DNA from: a virus
Virus record (IMG/VR): IMGVR_UViG_3300043122_000050
Direction: 5' to 3' (one strand)
Length of the DNA: 64,000 bases
Shown: positions 54,513 to 62,880 of the stretch, in pieces
Position numbering within the stretch: position 1 is the first letter of the stretch
Layout: each line of letters opens with the position of its first letter
The notes under the pieces: generated by a model
Told to the model about the DNA's origin: nothing
Seen by the model: the letters and a program-made list of their open reading frames with translations, nothing else
The model's database searches: none
Translations under genes and position numbers: made by a program

Positions 54513-55007
54513 TTACACCTCTCTAACTTGGTATTCGACAGAATCAAGAAGTAGTCCAGATTCAATTAAAGGGTCAATAGAAGATTCACCTCTCCATTCC
54601 CTCATAGCTAATGTAGCTTGACTAAGGGTACGTGGCCTGAAGTTGATAATACTTTGTCTAAGCTGCTTTACAGCAAGCTCTCCAAGTGCTTCCATCTTAT
54701 CTTCTGGAGTGATCTTGCCTTGTAAGACAAGACGCTGTAATCTTTTAATGGCTCTACGCATCTCAGCGTGGTTTCCTTTATCGGAAACAGCTTGATCAAA
54801 GAAGGGTCTTGCTGGAGTAGTTGTACCCGGAAATGCACCACCGTTCTGGTGCCCATCATTTACCAGCTTAGCAACTTCTGCTACACTAGCCTCACCTCTA
54901 GGATCAGGATATTCAGTATCAGAGAAGAATCCCCACTCCACTTTCATTCCGTTCATCTTACGAAGGGACTTGAGCATCTTATCCAAGGCTCTGGTGTTCT
55001 TCTTCAT
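54513..55007 (-). CDS. HK97 gp10-like head-tail component
   Basis: The N-terminal ..ALDKMLKSLRKM....VEWGFF pattern and the size are typical of the gp10 family (from memory). Confidence 0.5.
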   Translation of the reverse strand: MKKNTRALDKMLKSLRKMNGMKVEWGFFSDTEYPDPRGEASVAEVAKLVNDGHQNGGAFPGTTTPARPFFDQAVSDKGNHAEMRRAIKRLQRLVLQGKITPEDKMEALGELAVKQLRQSIINFRPRTLSQATLAMREWRGESSIDPLIESGLLLDSVEYQVREV

Positions 55008-55441
55008 TAAAAGAACTCCGTCTCATCCTCATAAATTCTTTTACCCTGTGAAAACCCTTTATAGAAGGTTGGGCAAAGATTATCTGGATTACTATCGTTT
55101 TGAATCATATCACTCTTAGAGATACCACCAGCGTAAGCTCTAGCTCTGTCAAGAAGCATTTGAGGATTTCTGATAAGCTCAATAAGAAAGTCTTTATAAT
55201 TCTTGAACATCTCAGCACCGTACACTTCAATATCACCTGTACGCTGACGGGAGTATTTAGCAAGGCTACCAAGAATGTATCTTGCAGCTTCAAGAGCTGC
55301 TGCTGTCTCATTGTCGTTATACTTATTCAGAAGATACTCATATGTTTCATCTGAAAGGTACTCGAATTCTGTAGCTGTATCCCCTACAATCAACCGCACT
55401 CTGTCTGTGGCGGATAAAGCAGGGTTGTTTGTAAATGCCAT
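55007..55441 (-). CDS. Head-tail connector/adaptor-like protein, 144 aa
   Basis: AAAGGAGAA RBS. First gene after the capsid terminator. Confidence 0.5.
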   Translation of the reverse strand: MAFTNNPALSATDRVRLIVGDTATEFEYLSDETYEYLLNKYNDNETAAALEAARYILGSLAKYSRQRTGDIEVYGAEMFKNYKDFLIELIRNPQMLLDRARAYAGGISKSDMIQNDSNPDNLCPTFYKGFSQGKRIYEDETEFF

Positions 55442-55494
55442 TCTATTCTCCTTTCTTTTTGAGAAGATTCACAACTGGATAGTCATAAACCTTC

Positions 55495-55526
55495 TTAGAA
55501 AGAAAGGAGCCTCTTTCAAGGCTCCA
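55495..55526 (-). terminator. Rho-independent terminator downstream of the major capsid gene
   Basis: Minus strand GGAGCC-TTGAAAGA-GGCTCC followed by TTTCTTTCT. Confidence 0.65.
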
Positions 55527-55540
55527 ATTCTTAATGTTGC

Positions 55541-56569
55541 TTAGTTGCTAGTGGTACCCTTAACTACTCCGGCTGGGCGGCGCAGTACGTTCAAGAAATT
55601 CGACTCAGATTGCAGTTCGATTTTCTCGCCTTTAGGATCAAGGAACTCAAAGGCATAGGCTTCTTCACCAACAGTGTTAACGAAGTCAAACTTGTTAGCT
55701 GGGCCGTAGTAGGTTACGAACAGGTCTTCAACACCCATTGGAACCATAACAGCATCGTTAGCAGGAATCAGGCGACTACCGTTATAACTACCGCGATACT
55801 CAACAAAGCGCATACCACCGTGGAAGAACTCACGATACATAGTGGATGCACCGCCCAGACGCTGACGTAGCGGCTCTTGGGTAGAGGCGTAGAACTGGTA
55901 AGCAGCTTTAACGCTATCATGAGCAATCAGCTTGCCGAAGAACTCAGGCGAGCACAGAGCCATAACACCAGTCATTTGACCACCGTTACCAAGGTTGTCT
56001 TGGATGTGGGCAACTACTTCTTCAATCTTAGCCAGTACGTCAGTGGTGTTAGTGCCTAGAACGAAGTCAACAGACTTCTGAGTAACACCAAACGAGGTGA
56101 ACCAGTTAACCGATACGCTACCGTTAGGAGCATATACAGTACCAGCGGTCAGGGCTTGCATACGAGCAGCTTCAAGAGTCCAAGCATGGGACTGACGAAT
56201 ACGTTGCAGTTTACGAGCACGAACAGCAGCCAAGGTTTCAGCAGCATTAGGCTGACCATAAGCACGCTTGCCTTGTACGTCCTGTGGAGTGATATAATCA
56301 TCCAGTGGGAAGTGTGGGATTGGGAAGCTATGCAGCTTACGGGTGAAATCTTTGTTTTGGTTGTTACGATCACCACGAACGCGGTCAAGGATCAGACCAG
56401 CGGATTCGGTGATTTCTTCAACGGTGATGGTATGATCAGCAACGCCATCGTTGGCGAACAAGCCCATTTCATTGACCAAGCCCCACTGGTTAGGAACCAT
56501 CAACAGTTCTTCAGTGTAGTCTGTCAGTTCAAACTGGCCATTAGCGCCAAAACTTCTTACGAGTGCCAT
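55541..56569 (-). CDS. Major capsid protein (lambda gpE-like family)
   Basis: 342 aa. Follows the protease/scaffold and the gpD-like gene. Strong AAGGAGAA RBS with a terminator downstream. The sequence pattern resembles the Phage_cap_E family (from memory). Confidence 0.7.
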   Translation of the reverse strand: MALVRSFGANGQFELTDYTEELLMVPNQWGLVNEMGLFANDGVADHTITVEEITESAGLILDRVRGDRNNQNKDFTRKLHSFPIPHFPLDDYITPQDVQGKRAYGQPNAAETLAAVRARKLQRIRQSHAWTLEAARMQALTAGTVYAPNGSVSVNWFTSFGVTQKSVDFVLGTNTTDVLAKIEEVVAHIQDNLGNGGQMTGVMALCSPEFFGKLIAHDSVKAAYQFYASTQEPLRQRLGGASTMYREFFHGGMRFVEYRGSYNGSRLIPANDAVMVPMGVEDLFVTYYGPANKFDFVNTVGEEAYAFEFLDPKGEKIELQSESNFLNVLRRPAGVVKGTTSN

Positions 56570-56594
56570 ATTAGTTATTCTCCTTAAATTTAGA

Positions 56595-56966
56595 TTAGAT
56601 AGCTTTTTCTACGATCAGACCTTTGGCCTTGAGAGCTGCGTGTACTGCAACTTTCTCAGGGTCAGTGTCTACATCAGTACCGTAGGTCAGCATGTAATCT
56701 TTCAGGATTACCGGGCCACGAGACAGAACTAGCAAGTTGTGGGTGCCTGGAGCGAGGTCTTTAACACGCTCATCAATCAGGACATAGGAAGCATCAGCAG
56801 TGGTGAGGACGGTGACAAGTGCGCCAACATTGTCCAGAACAGCGCCAATCTTCATACCAGATACAACAGTTACAGCGACAACATCACGGCAATAAGCAAC
56901 AGCAGGCTCATATTCGTGGGCGATGATGGCCGACAATCTTTGGCTATCGTTAGCGATTACAGTCAT
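56595..56966 (-). CDS. Head decoration protein (gpD-like)
   Basis: 123 aa, located between the protease/scaffold and the capsid gene, as in lambda-like head modules. Confidence 0.55.
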   Translation of the reverse strand: MTVIANDSQRLSAIIAHEYEPAVAYCRDVVAVTVVSGMKIGAVLDNVGALVTVLTTADASYVLIDERVKDLAPGTHNLLVLSRGPVILKDYMLTYGTDVDTDPEKVAVHAALKAKGLIVEKAI

Positions 56967-56990
56967 TATTTTATTTCTCCAATTAACTAA

Positions 56991-58355
56991 TTAAGATTTT
57001 GCTTTATTAAGTTGAGCTTTCAGAATCTTTGCTGTATCGCTCAGGGCTTCTTCATCGCCTTGATCACCTACGCCCAGTTCTTTAAACAGGTCAGTTGCCT
57101 CGACGGCTTTTGCTTTCTTCTCAAAGGAGCCAGCTACAGTGTCAAATGCAGCATCTTCCAGCGAGCCAAGGGAAGCCATCAAAGCCTCCGCTTCTTCTTT
57201 ACCAACACTTGCTTCCAGACGAGCTTGACGAGCATCTAGTTTGGCTTGTGCGGCTACAGCTTCAGCTTCCAAACGAGCAGCTTCAGCTTCTGCTTGGAAT
57301 TGAGCCATCTGTTCTTTAATAGAGGTGGCTTCTGCCTGTGCAGCAGTCATAGCTTCAACAGCCTGTGTCAGTTGCGCCTCCATCTGAGTTTTTTCATCAG
57401 TCAGGGCAGCAAAAGCGGCCTGAAGTTCTACGAGTTCTTGCATTTTGGCAGTATCCCCTTGTTTCGATTTATTTAGAAAACGAGCAGTAAGCATTTTGGA
57501 ATTAGTCTCCCCACTTGCTACGGTTGATAGATAAGAGTAGAATTCTTCAACTTCCATAGCTTTATCAGCCAAGCCAAGTTGAATAGCCTTATCGGCAAGG
57601 AATGTCTTAGCCTCTGTGTTAGTCACAGCTTCAGGAGTCATTCCTCTCATTTGAGCAACATGGGAAGTAAATTCCCCATAGAGCACGTTAACCTTCTCTT
57701 GAAGGTCACTAAGAAACTCTTCTGCGAAGTCGCCTTCAGCATTAAAAGGAATCTTAGATTTACCAGCAAAAACATAAGTGTCTTCAACACCCATTGTCTT
57801 CATTGCTTTATTGGTATTACGAAGTCTGACAACAACACCAATACTTCCCACTTCAGCAGAAGGGTTCATGATGATTTCATCAGAGATAGAAGCTAGAGCA
57901 TAAGCAGCAGAAGCAGCCATACCGTCTACATAAGTAATCACTTTAACGCCAGCTTCATCAGCCATTGTGCGAATACGTTTAGCAGATTCAAATACACCGT
58001 AAGCTTCACCACCGGGACTATCTGTATCAAACACAATAGTCTTTGCACCAGAGCTAATCAGCGACTCTACGTCAGCAAGCATACTTTGATAGCTTGTTGG
58101 AGATTCGCCACACATAGGTTGGTAGTGCAAGTAAGTAAGTGGCCCTTTAAGCTCTACAATCCCTACCTTGGTATCGGAGTTGTAAATAAGCTCACGGCTT
58201 TCACTCTTAGCTTTATTTTCAAGAGCTAGCTGAATCTCTCCAGCATTACGATCTTCCAGAAGGGAGGCAATCTTTTCAAAGTATTGAGCCTCCATCATCT
58301 GAGGTGTTGCAACAAGCTTATTTGTTAGCCTAATAAGACTATGAGCTTTTGACAT
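56991..58355 (-). CDS. S49-family (SppA/ClpP-like) head maturation protease fused to a coiled-coil scaffold domain
   Basis: VFDTDSPGGE and GMAASAAYALAS (catalytic Ser region). The C-terminal half is an Ala/Glu/Gln-rich coiled coil. Confidence 0.85.
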   Translation of the reverse strand: MSKAHSLIRLTNKLVATPQMMEAQYFEKIASLLEDRNAGEIQLALENKAKSESRELIYNSDTKVGIVELKGPLTYLHYQPMCGESPTSYQSMLADVESLISSGAKTIVFDTDSPGGEAYGVFESAKRIRTMADEAGVKVITYVDGMAASAAYALASISDEIIMNPSAEVGSIGVVVRLRNTNKAMKTMGVEDTYVFAGKSKIPFNAEGDFAEEFLSDLQEKVNVLYGEFTSHVAQMRGMTPEAVTNTEAKTFLADKAIQLGLADKAMEVEEFYSYLSTVASGETNSKMLTARFLNKSKQGDTAKMQELVELQAAFAALTDEKTQMEAQLTQAVEAMTAAQAEATSIKEQMAQFQAEAEAARLEAEAVAAQAKLDARQARLEASVGKEEAEALMASLGSLEDAAFDTVAGSFEKKAKAVEATDLFKELGVGDQGDEEALSDTAKILKAQLNKAKS

Positions 58356-59105
58356 TAACTGTTCTCCAGATTATCTGTAGAGTTGTCTTGACCGGCGACA
58401 CTATCACTAGTACCATTACCAGAACCTTTAGCCATTCCATCTCCAGCTCTGCTTCTATTTTGAGGAAGCAAATCTTCATCCACTGGCTGATCTTTAGGGT
58501 AAGGAGTAGCACCAAAGCCTCTCTCACGAATGATGTTGGCAATCTCACGATCAAACTCAATAGCATTTACGGAGAAAATACGTTGTACAAGTTTACTGAA
58601 CTCATCCAAGTCTTCTTCGTCAAGGTCGGTGTAGGTGAACTTAGGAAGCTCTTCATCATCCCAGCCATTCAGGGCGAATGTTTGAGGGATAAGGTCTTTG
58701 TTAAGAACATCTGCAATCTCACGAAGGCGAGCTTCAATGGCCATAGCCATGATGGATGTTTTAGCGCCAGCAAGGGCAAAAGAGCCTACTTGATCTTGAC
58801 CAAGTTTTAGGAAGTCAGCAAACAAAGAAGTGAGGATTTTGTAGTCCCAACGTGTGATAATTGCTGATGTGTCATATTGCTTACCAGAAGCAACAGACAA
58901 GAGTTCAAACTCAAATAGAGGTTGTCTTGATTCAGGATCATATGCGTTTGGAAGGACAATACCGGATTGTTCATTACGTTCAAGGTTTCTCACCATGTTG
59001 TAATAATAATCACGGATAGATTTCTGTTCTTCTGTAGCATCGGGGCTAAGATAGATGGCAGGAATTTTTATTACAGGAGTTCCCACCATATTTCGGGTAA
59101 TTCCA
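58355..59105 (-). CDS. Portal protein, exon 2 of 2
   Basis: The frame is open to 59105 (..(I)GITRNMVGTPVIKIPA..). Overlaps the protease start by 1 nt (TAATG). Confidence 0.75.
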
Positions 59106-60125
59106 CGCTTGTTCGACGAAGATCGTTACACTTCGCCCGTTCTCTTATGAACTGCTGCATGTTTCCATGCAGGCCAGACTATATCATCACCCTTCTACTT
59201 GAGTTAGGGTGCCTACCATTTCCACCCACTTGGGTGTACTCCCTTGCGGGATAGTCGTTGGACGCTTACGATTGAATTGCTGATTATTTAAAAGTTATAT
59301 TCTTTAGAGATATTTGTGTAGATTTTCCTTTTACGCAAACCATGTAGAAGGTTGGCATTAATTTCGGAATTTCTACTTTCCGAGATTATCTCGGCGTTTG
59401 TCTTACCTTCGGCAATAAGATCACAAACCCATCTTATAGTGCTTTCGGAGAACCTTTTAGCTCTGTTTACTTGAATATTGTATTCTTTTGAAATGTGTCT
59501 CCATGCTTTCTTAGCACGAACCATTGATATAAAAGAACGATGAACACCTGTGGTGCGCTCTATGTCAATGTTCCGCATACCGCTCTGAAGCAGTTCACAC
59601 ACTTCTCTTACTTCTGCTTCTGTGTACTTTGAGAGGTAGTGGTTTTCACCAATACTATTGTCAAGTAACCCATTCTCATGGGCATGTTCATAATTACCTT
59701 TATGACTAACCCACTCAAGGTTTTCTACACAGTTATTAAGCTTGTTACCATCTTTATGGTTAACGAGAGGTAGACTGTCTACGTTAGGGACAAAAGCTTC
59801 TGCCACAAGTCTGTGTACAGAGTGTTTCTTAACGCTTCCATCTTTGTAGTAAATAGCGACTCTTGCATACCCGGCATTTGAAATATCGGGAGTAAGTGCT
59901 GCACCAGTCTGACCAATCACTGCACCATCTTCAGTAACGAAGTAGTTATCAGTTTTTGCAATTCTTTTCATTTAAGCCTCCTACAGATTCGGAAGCAATT
60001 CAATCGTTTTCGCTCAGGATTACCCACGACATCACTCGTTTGGGCTTCCCCTGAATTAGATAGGTTTTGGAGCTAGGCTCCGAGGTCATCATACCAGATT
60101 TCTCTGTGTATGCCACTAGAAGTTA
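59106..60125 (-). mobile_element. Group I intron in the portal gene, carrying a homing endonuclease ORF
   Basis: P1 is GCCAU/GUGGC (U.G at the splice site, 9-nt loop). A 5-bp P10 forms between UGGAA of exon 2 and UUCUA next to the guide. The core blocks AACGACUAUCCC, CAAGUGGG and GAUAUAGUCUGG are present. The intron ends in G. Confidence 0.85.
59288..59971 (-). CDS. Intron-encoded HNH_3/NUMOD4-type homing endonuclease
   Basis: HRLVAEAFVPN and VNHKDGNKLNN..ENLEWVS motifs. TAGGAGG RBS. Full-length paralog of 46857..47546. Confidence 0.8.
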   Translation of the reverse strand: MKRIAKTDNYFVTEDGAVIGQTGAALTPDISNAGYARVAIYYKDGSVKKHSVHRLVAEAFVPNVDSLPLVNHKDGNKLNNCVENLEWVSHKGNYEHAHENGLLDNSIGENHYLSKYTEAEVREVCELLQSGMRNIDIERTTGVHRSFISMVRAKKAWRHISKEYNIQVNRAKRFSESTIRWVCDLIAEGKTNAEIISESRNSEINANLLHGLRKRKIYTNISKEYNF

Positions 60126-60850
60126 ATGGCCTCTTGTTCTTCTATTCCAGTGCGGTATTTCCATGCAAGCCAAGCATTCTTTAGCATACTTGAACCTTCA
60201 GGGTTATCCCTCTCAGGGTTCACTCTAAAAAGCATAAACTTGTTCCTAGGGATCGTAATAACATTACCATTACGAGCACTTAGGGAGTTGTATCTACCGT
60301 ACTGATTAACCGTTGTGAGGTCTTGCTCTACAGCTTGTAAGTCTCTACCATCGTCACTAAATACCCAACCAGAGATTGTATCTTGTGAGCGAATAGGAAG
60401 TTTCTTCCAGCCAATCAATCCATCATTGAATTTAGAGCCTGTAGCTTTAAGGCGTCTTCGATACACCTTCTCTTGTACAGAGAATCCATAGACATAGCTA
60501 CTAGATACGTCTTGGATGAATGAGGCCCAAGTAGCCTCCATATCGTCTGTACATTGCTGAAGGAATGCAGCCTTCTTTTCTTGTTCTGGTGTAGCCCCTT
60601 TAGGCGCTTCCACTTTCCAATCAATCCGTGCTAACATCATTTTATAGAGGTTGATTGCACTGTTGATTGTAGCGTCTTTCTGCATATTCTTGTAAGTGTT
60701 GATAACCTTTGGCCATCGTAGCTCTGTACGAGCTTCTTCAAGAATAACTTTATTACTGACTTTTAATCCGGTTGTACCTACTTCACCCATTCTAATTCTG
60801 GGTACAGAGGCATCTCCTGATTCTAGTCCAGCAGTATCAAGCTCTGCCAT
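60126..60850 (-). CDS. Portal protein, exon 1 of 2
   Basis: TAGGAGG RBS. Immediately downstream of terL. Ends ..YRTGIEEQEA(I). Exons 1 and 2 together give 491 aa. Confidence 0.75.
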
Positions 60851-60858
60851 CTAACCTC

Positions 60859-62177
60859 CTAAACATGGAATGGGTTTTCTCTTTGCATATTAGGTAATAC
60901 GAAAGAGGTGGGTATTTGTGCTGATCTTGCTAAGTGTTTGAATGCGTCTGAGCAGGAGTCAACGATATCGTCCTTGACCTTGCGGCTACCGTCAAAAGCT
61001 TCTAGTTCGTCAACCAATTCATCATTCCACGGCCCTCTCACCATCGAAACATGCTTAGCTTCAGCTACAGCAGCGAATGGTTGGAATCTCAGCACTTTGG
61101 ATTGACTTGCTTGATAGATACGTGCATAGAAACCACGTTCAGCAAGCTCTTTAACGATTGACTGAGCGTAAGCTTTACCAGCAGCTCCGGGGTCAGCAGG
61201 GATTACAATATCTGTTGTTGGGCCATCATGAATGGCTGTCTGGATAATCTTCTCCAGAACACCATGTGCTCTATCTCTAAAGCGTTCAAGGTCTTCAATG
61301 TAGTAACGTCCATACTTATCTCTGGACATTAGAACACCAGCAGTCCAGTCTGGATTTGGATTAGATTCGGAAGGAATACTTCCGCTAATATCCCAAGCCC
61401 TTACTCTCTTCATGATATGATCTGTTGGCCTTGTAGGGACAATCTCTAACCAATCCCCTTTGAAGTAGCCAGCGGCCTCTTCTTTAGCATACCAAGAGCC
61501 GTCTAGAAGACGCATCCTCTCGATACGTTTCAAACCAAGCAAGAATGCTAGGTATTTAGGGTTCTTCTGAATGCCAATTGGGTTATCATACACATTAGCA
61601 CTTACAAATGTCATAGAGAGGATGTGTTCCTCTTTAATATGTGGAACCTTCTTTAGCATCTCCTCTTTAGTAAGAGCAAACACAGGTTTACCGCCATCGT
61701 TTGTGAAGAAGCGGATTACACCGTCCTTCTCTGGCAGAGGAATCCCTGTCTCTGGGTCAAGGTGCCATTCCACCCAGTTACGGAGAAAGGAGTTGTACAG
61801 AGGGTTACAAGTCATTACTAGCTGACTGCTCATTTGTGCTTTAGAACGCAAACGAGACATTAGATAGAGAACACTTACTTCTTGTTGGTGTTGAGCTTCG
61901 TCAAACACTACGAGAGAATATTGTCCACCGTCGAAGTTATATCTGTCTTCTGGTCTATCAAGGCCAGCAAAACTAATCACTGCCCCGCTTGGGAAAGTTG
62001 CTGAGAGTTTCTGTTCGTGAAACTTTGGCTTGAACGGTTTATACATCTGTTTGGCTTCATCAAACAAGCCACCAGATTGTGTTAGTTGTGTACGTGTCTG
62101 TCGAATAAACACAGCACGGAAATGAGGGTCGCCAATTTGACCTAGTGCTTTAAGTAGAGCACAATGTGATTTACCAC
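60859..62177 (-). CDS. terL: Terminase large subunit, exon 2 of 2
   Basis: Begins in mid Walker A (..GKSHCALL). Walker B VVFDEAQ. C-terminal nuclease-type acidic residues (AWDISGS, DDIVDS). Confidence 0.85.
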
Positions 62178-62424
62178 CATGATTGTTCAAGAAAGTTCGT
62201 TACTCTTTCTCCGCTTTCGCAGCTACATATTCCTATGCAGACCAGACTATATCATCATCCCGTAGGATGCCCACCGCTTCCACTCACTTGAGTGTACTCC
62301 CTTTCGGGATAGTCGTTACGCTTTCTGAAATTAATCAGCTTAGCTCGGTATTGTCCGTTCTGGAGTTTCACCGAATTCAATGGGTTATTCGATCAACATT
62401 ACTGTTGAAAGGGACTGTAGGTCA
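62178..62424 (-). mobile_element. Compact ORF-less group I intron (about 247 nt) inside the terL Walker A codons
   Basis: P1 is GGGAU/GUCCC (9-nt loop, U.G at the splice site). Core AACGACUAUCCCGAAAGGGAGUACACUCAAGUGAGUGG...GAUAUAGUCUGG. The 3' boundary was chosen so that the ligated exons read GGGAGCGKS. Confidence 0.7.
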
Positions 62425-62518
62425 ATCCCGCGCCGCCGCCGAAAATTATAATGTCAGCAGGACAGTTTAAAAACATCTTTTGTTTCGGGCTTGAAGGCCC
62501 ATAAGCTTGATTTGTCAA
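62425..62518 (-). CDS. terL: Terminase large subunit, exon 1 of 2 (31 codons plus 1 nt), TTG start
   Basis: AAGGAGG RBS 6 nt upstream of the TTG. Reads (M)TNQAYGPSSPKQKMFLNCPADIIIFGGGAG. This ORF is not in the supplied track. Confidence 0.7.
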
Positions 62519-62592
62519 AGTTATCCTCCTTGTAGACAGCTTTATCAAGCGTCCTGTATTTCAAAGACGCTTTGTAAAACTTTGTAAAACTC

Positions 62593-62880
62593 TCAGACAG
62601 GTAAATCCCTTATTGAAATTGTAACAAACCTACTTTCAATAAGACCGTTTTCTGTTGTAATCTTATTAAATAATCTATAACTCTGCCCATTCACACCACC
62701 TGAAATATAGCAAGAAGTGGTTTTTTCATCTTCTTCTGTATTAAAGATAACTAACTCTGGATCATTAATCCATTCACTAGAGATAATAGTATCTGTCCCT
62801 AGCCAATCAGACCAATTAATCCCTAGGTCTAGTATAGAGGATTCACCCTTTACAAGACTGCTCGCTTGATGTAGTTTCAT
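62593..62880 (-). CDS. Hypothetical beta-rich protein, 95 aa, in the position usually held by the small terminase
   Basis: GAGG RBS and an ATGA overlap. The pattern ..W.DWLG.DTI.S..W......Y..GG..G..Y.. is seen in phage virion proteins (from memory). Confidence 0.55.
   Translation of the reverse strand: MKLHQASSLVKGESSILDLGINWSDWLGTDTIISSEWINDPELVIFNTEEDEKTTSCYISGGVNGQSYRLFNKITTENGLIESRFVTISIRDLPV

Noticed and set aside
62178-62198. An alternative terL 3' splice site after GAGUAACG, by analogy with the ..AACG ends of the other introns
   Set aside because: Combined with the P1-supported 5' site, it is in frame only if the 5' exon ends one nucleotide later. It would then give ..GAGLTFLNNHGGKS, a non-canonical and over-long P-loop. 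The site at 62178 gives GGGAGCGKS. It is kept as an explicit alternative to test.
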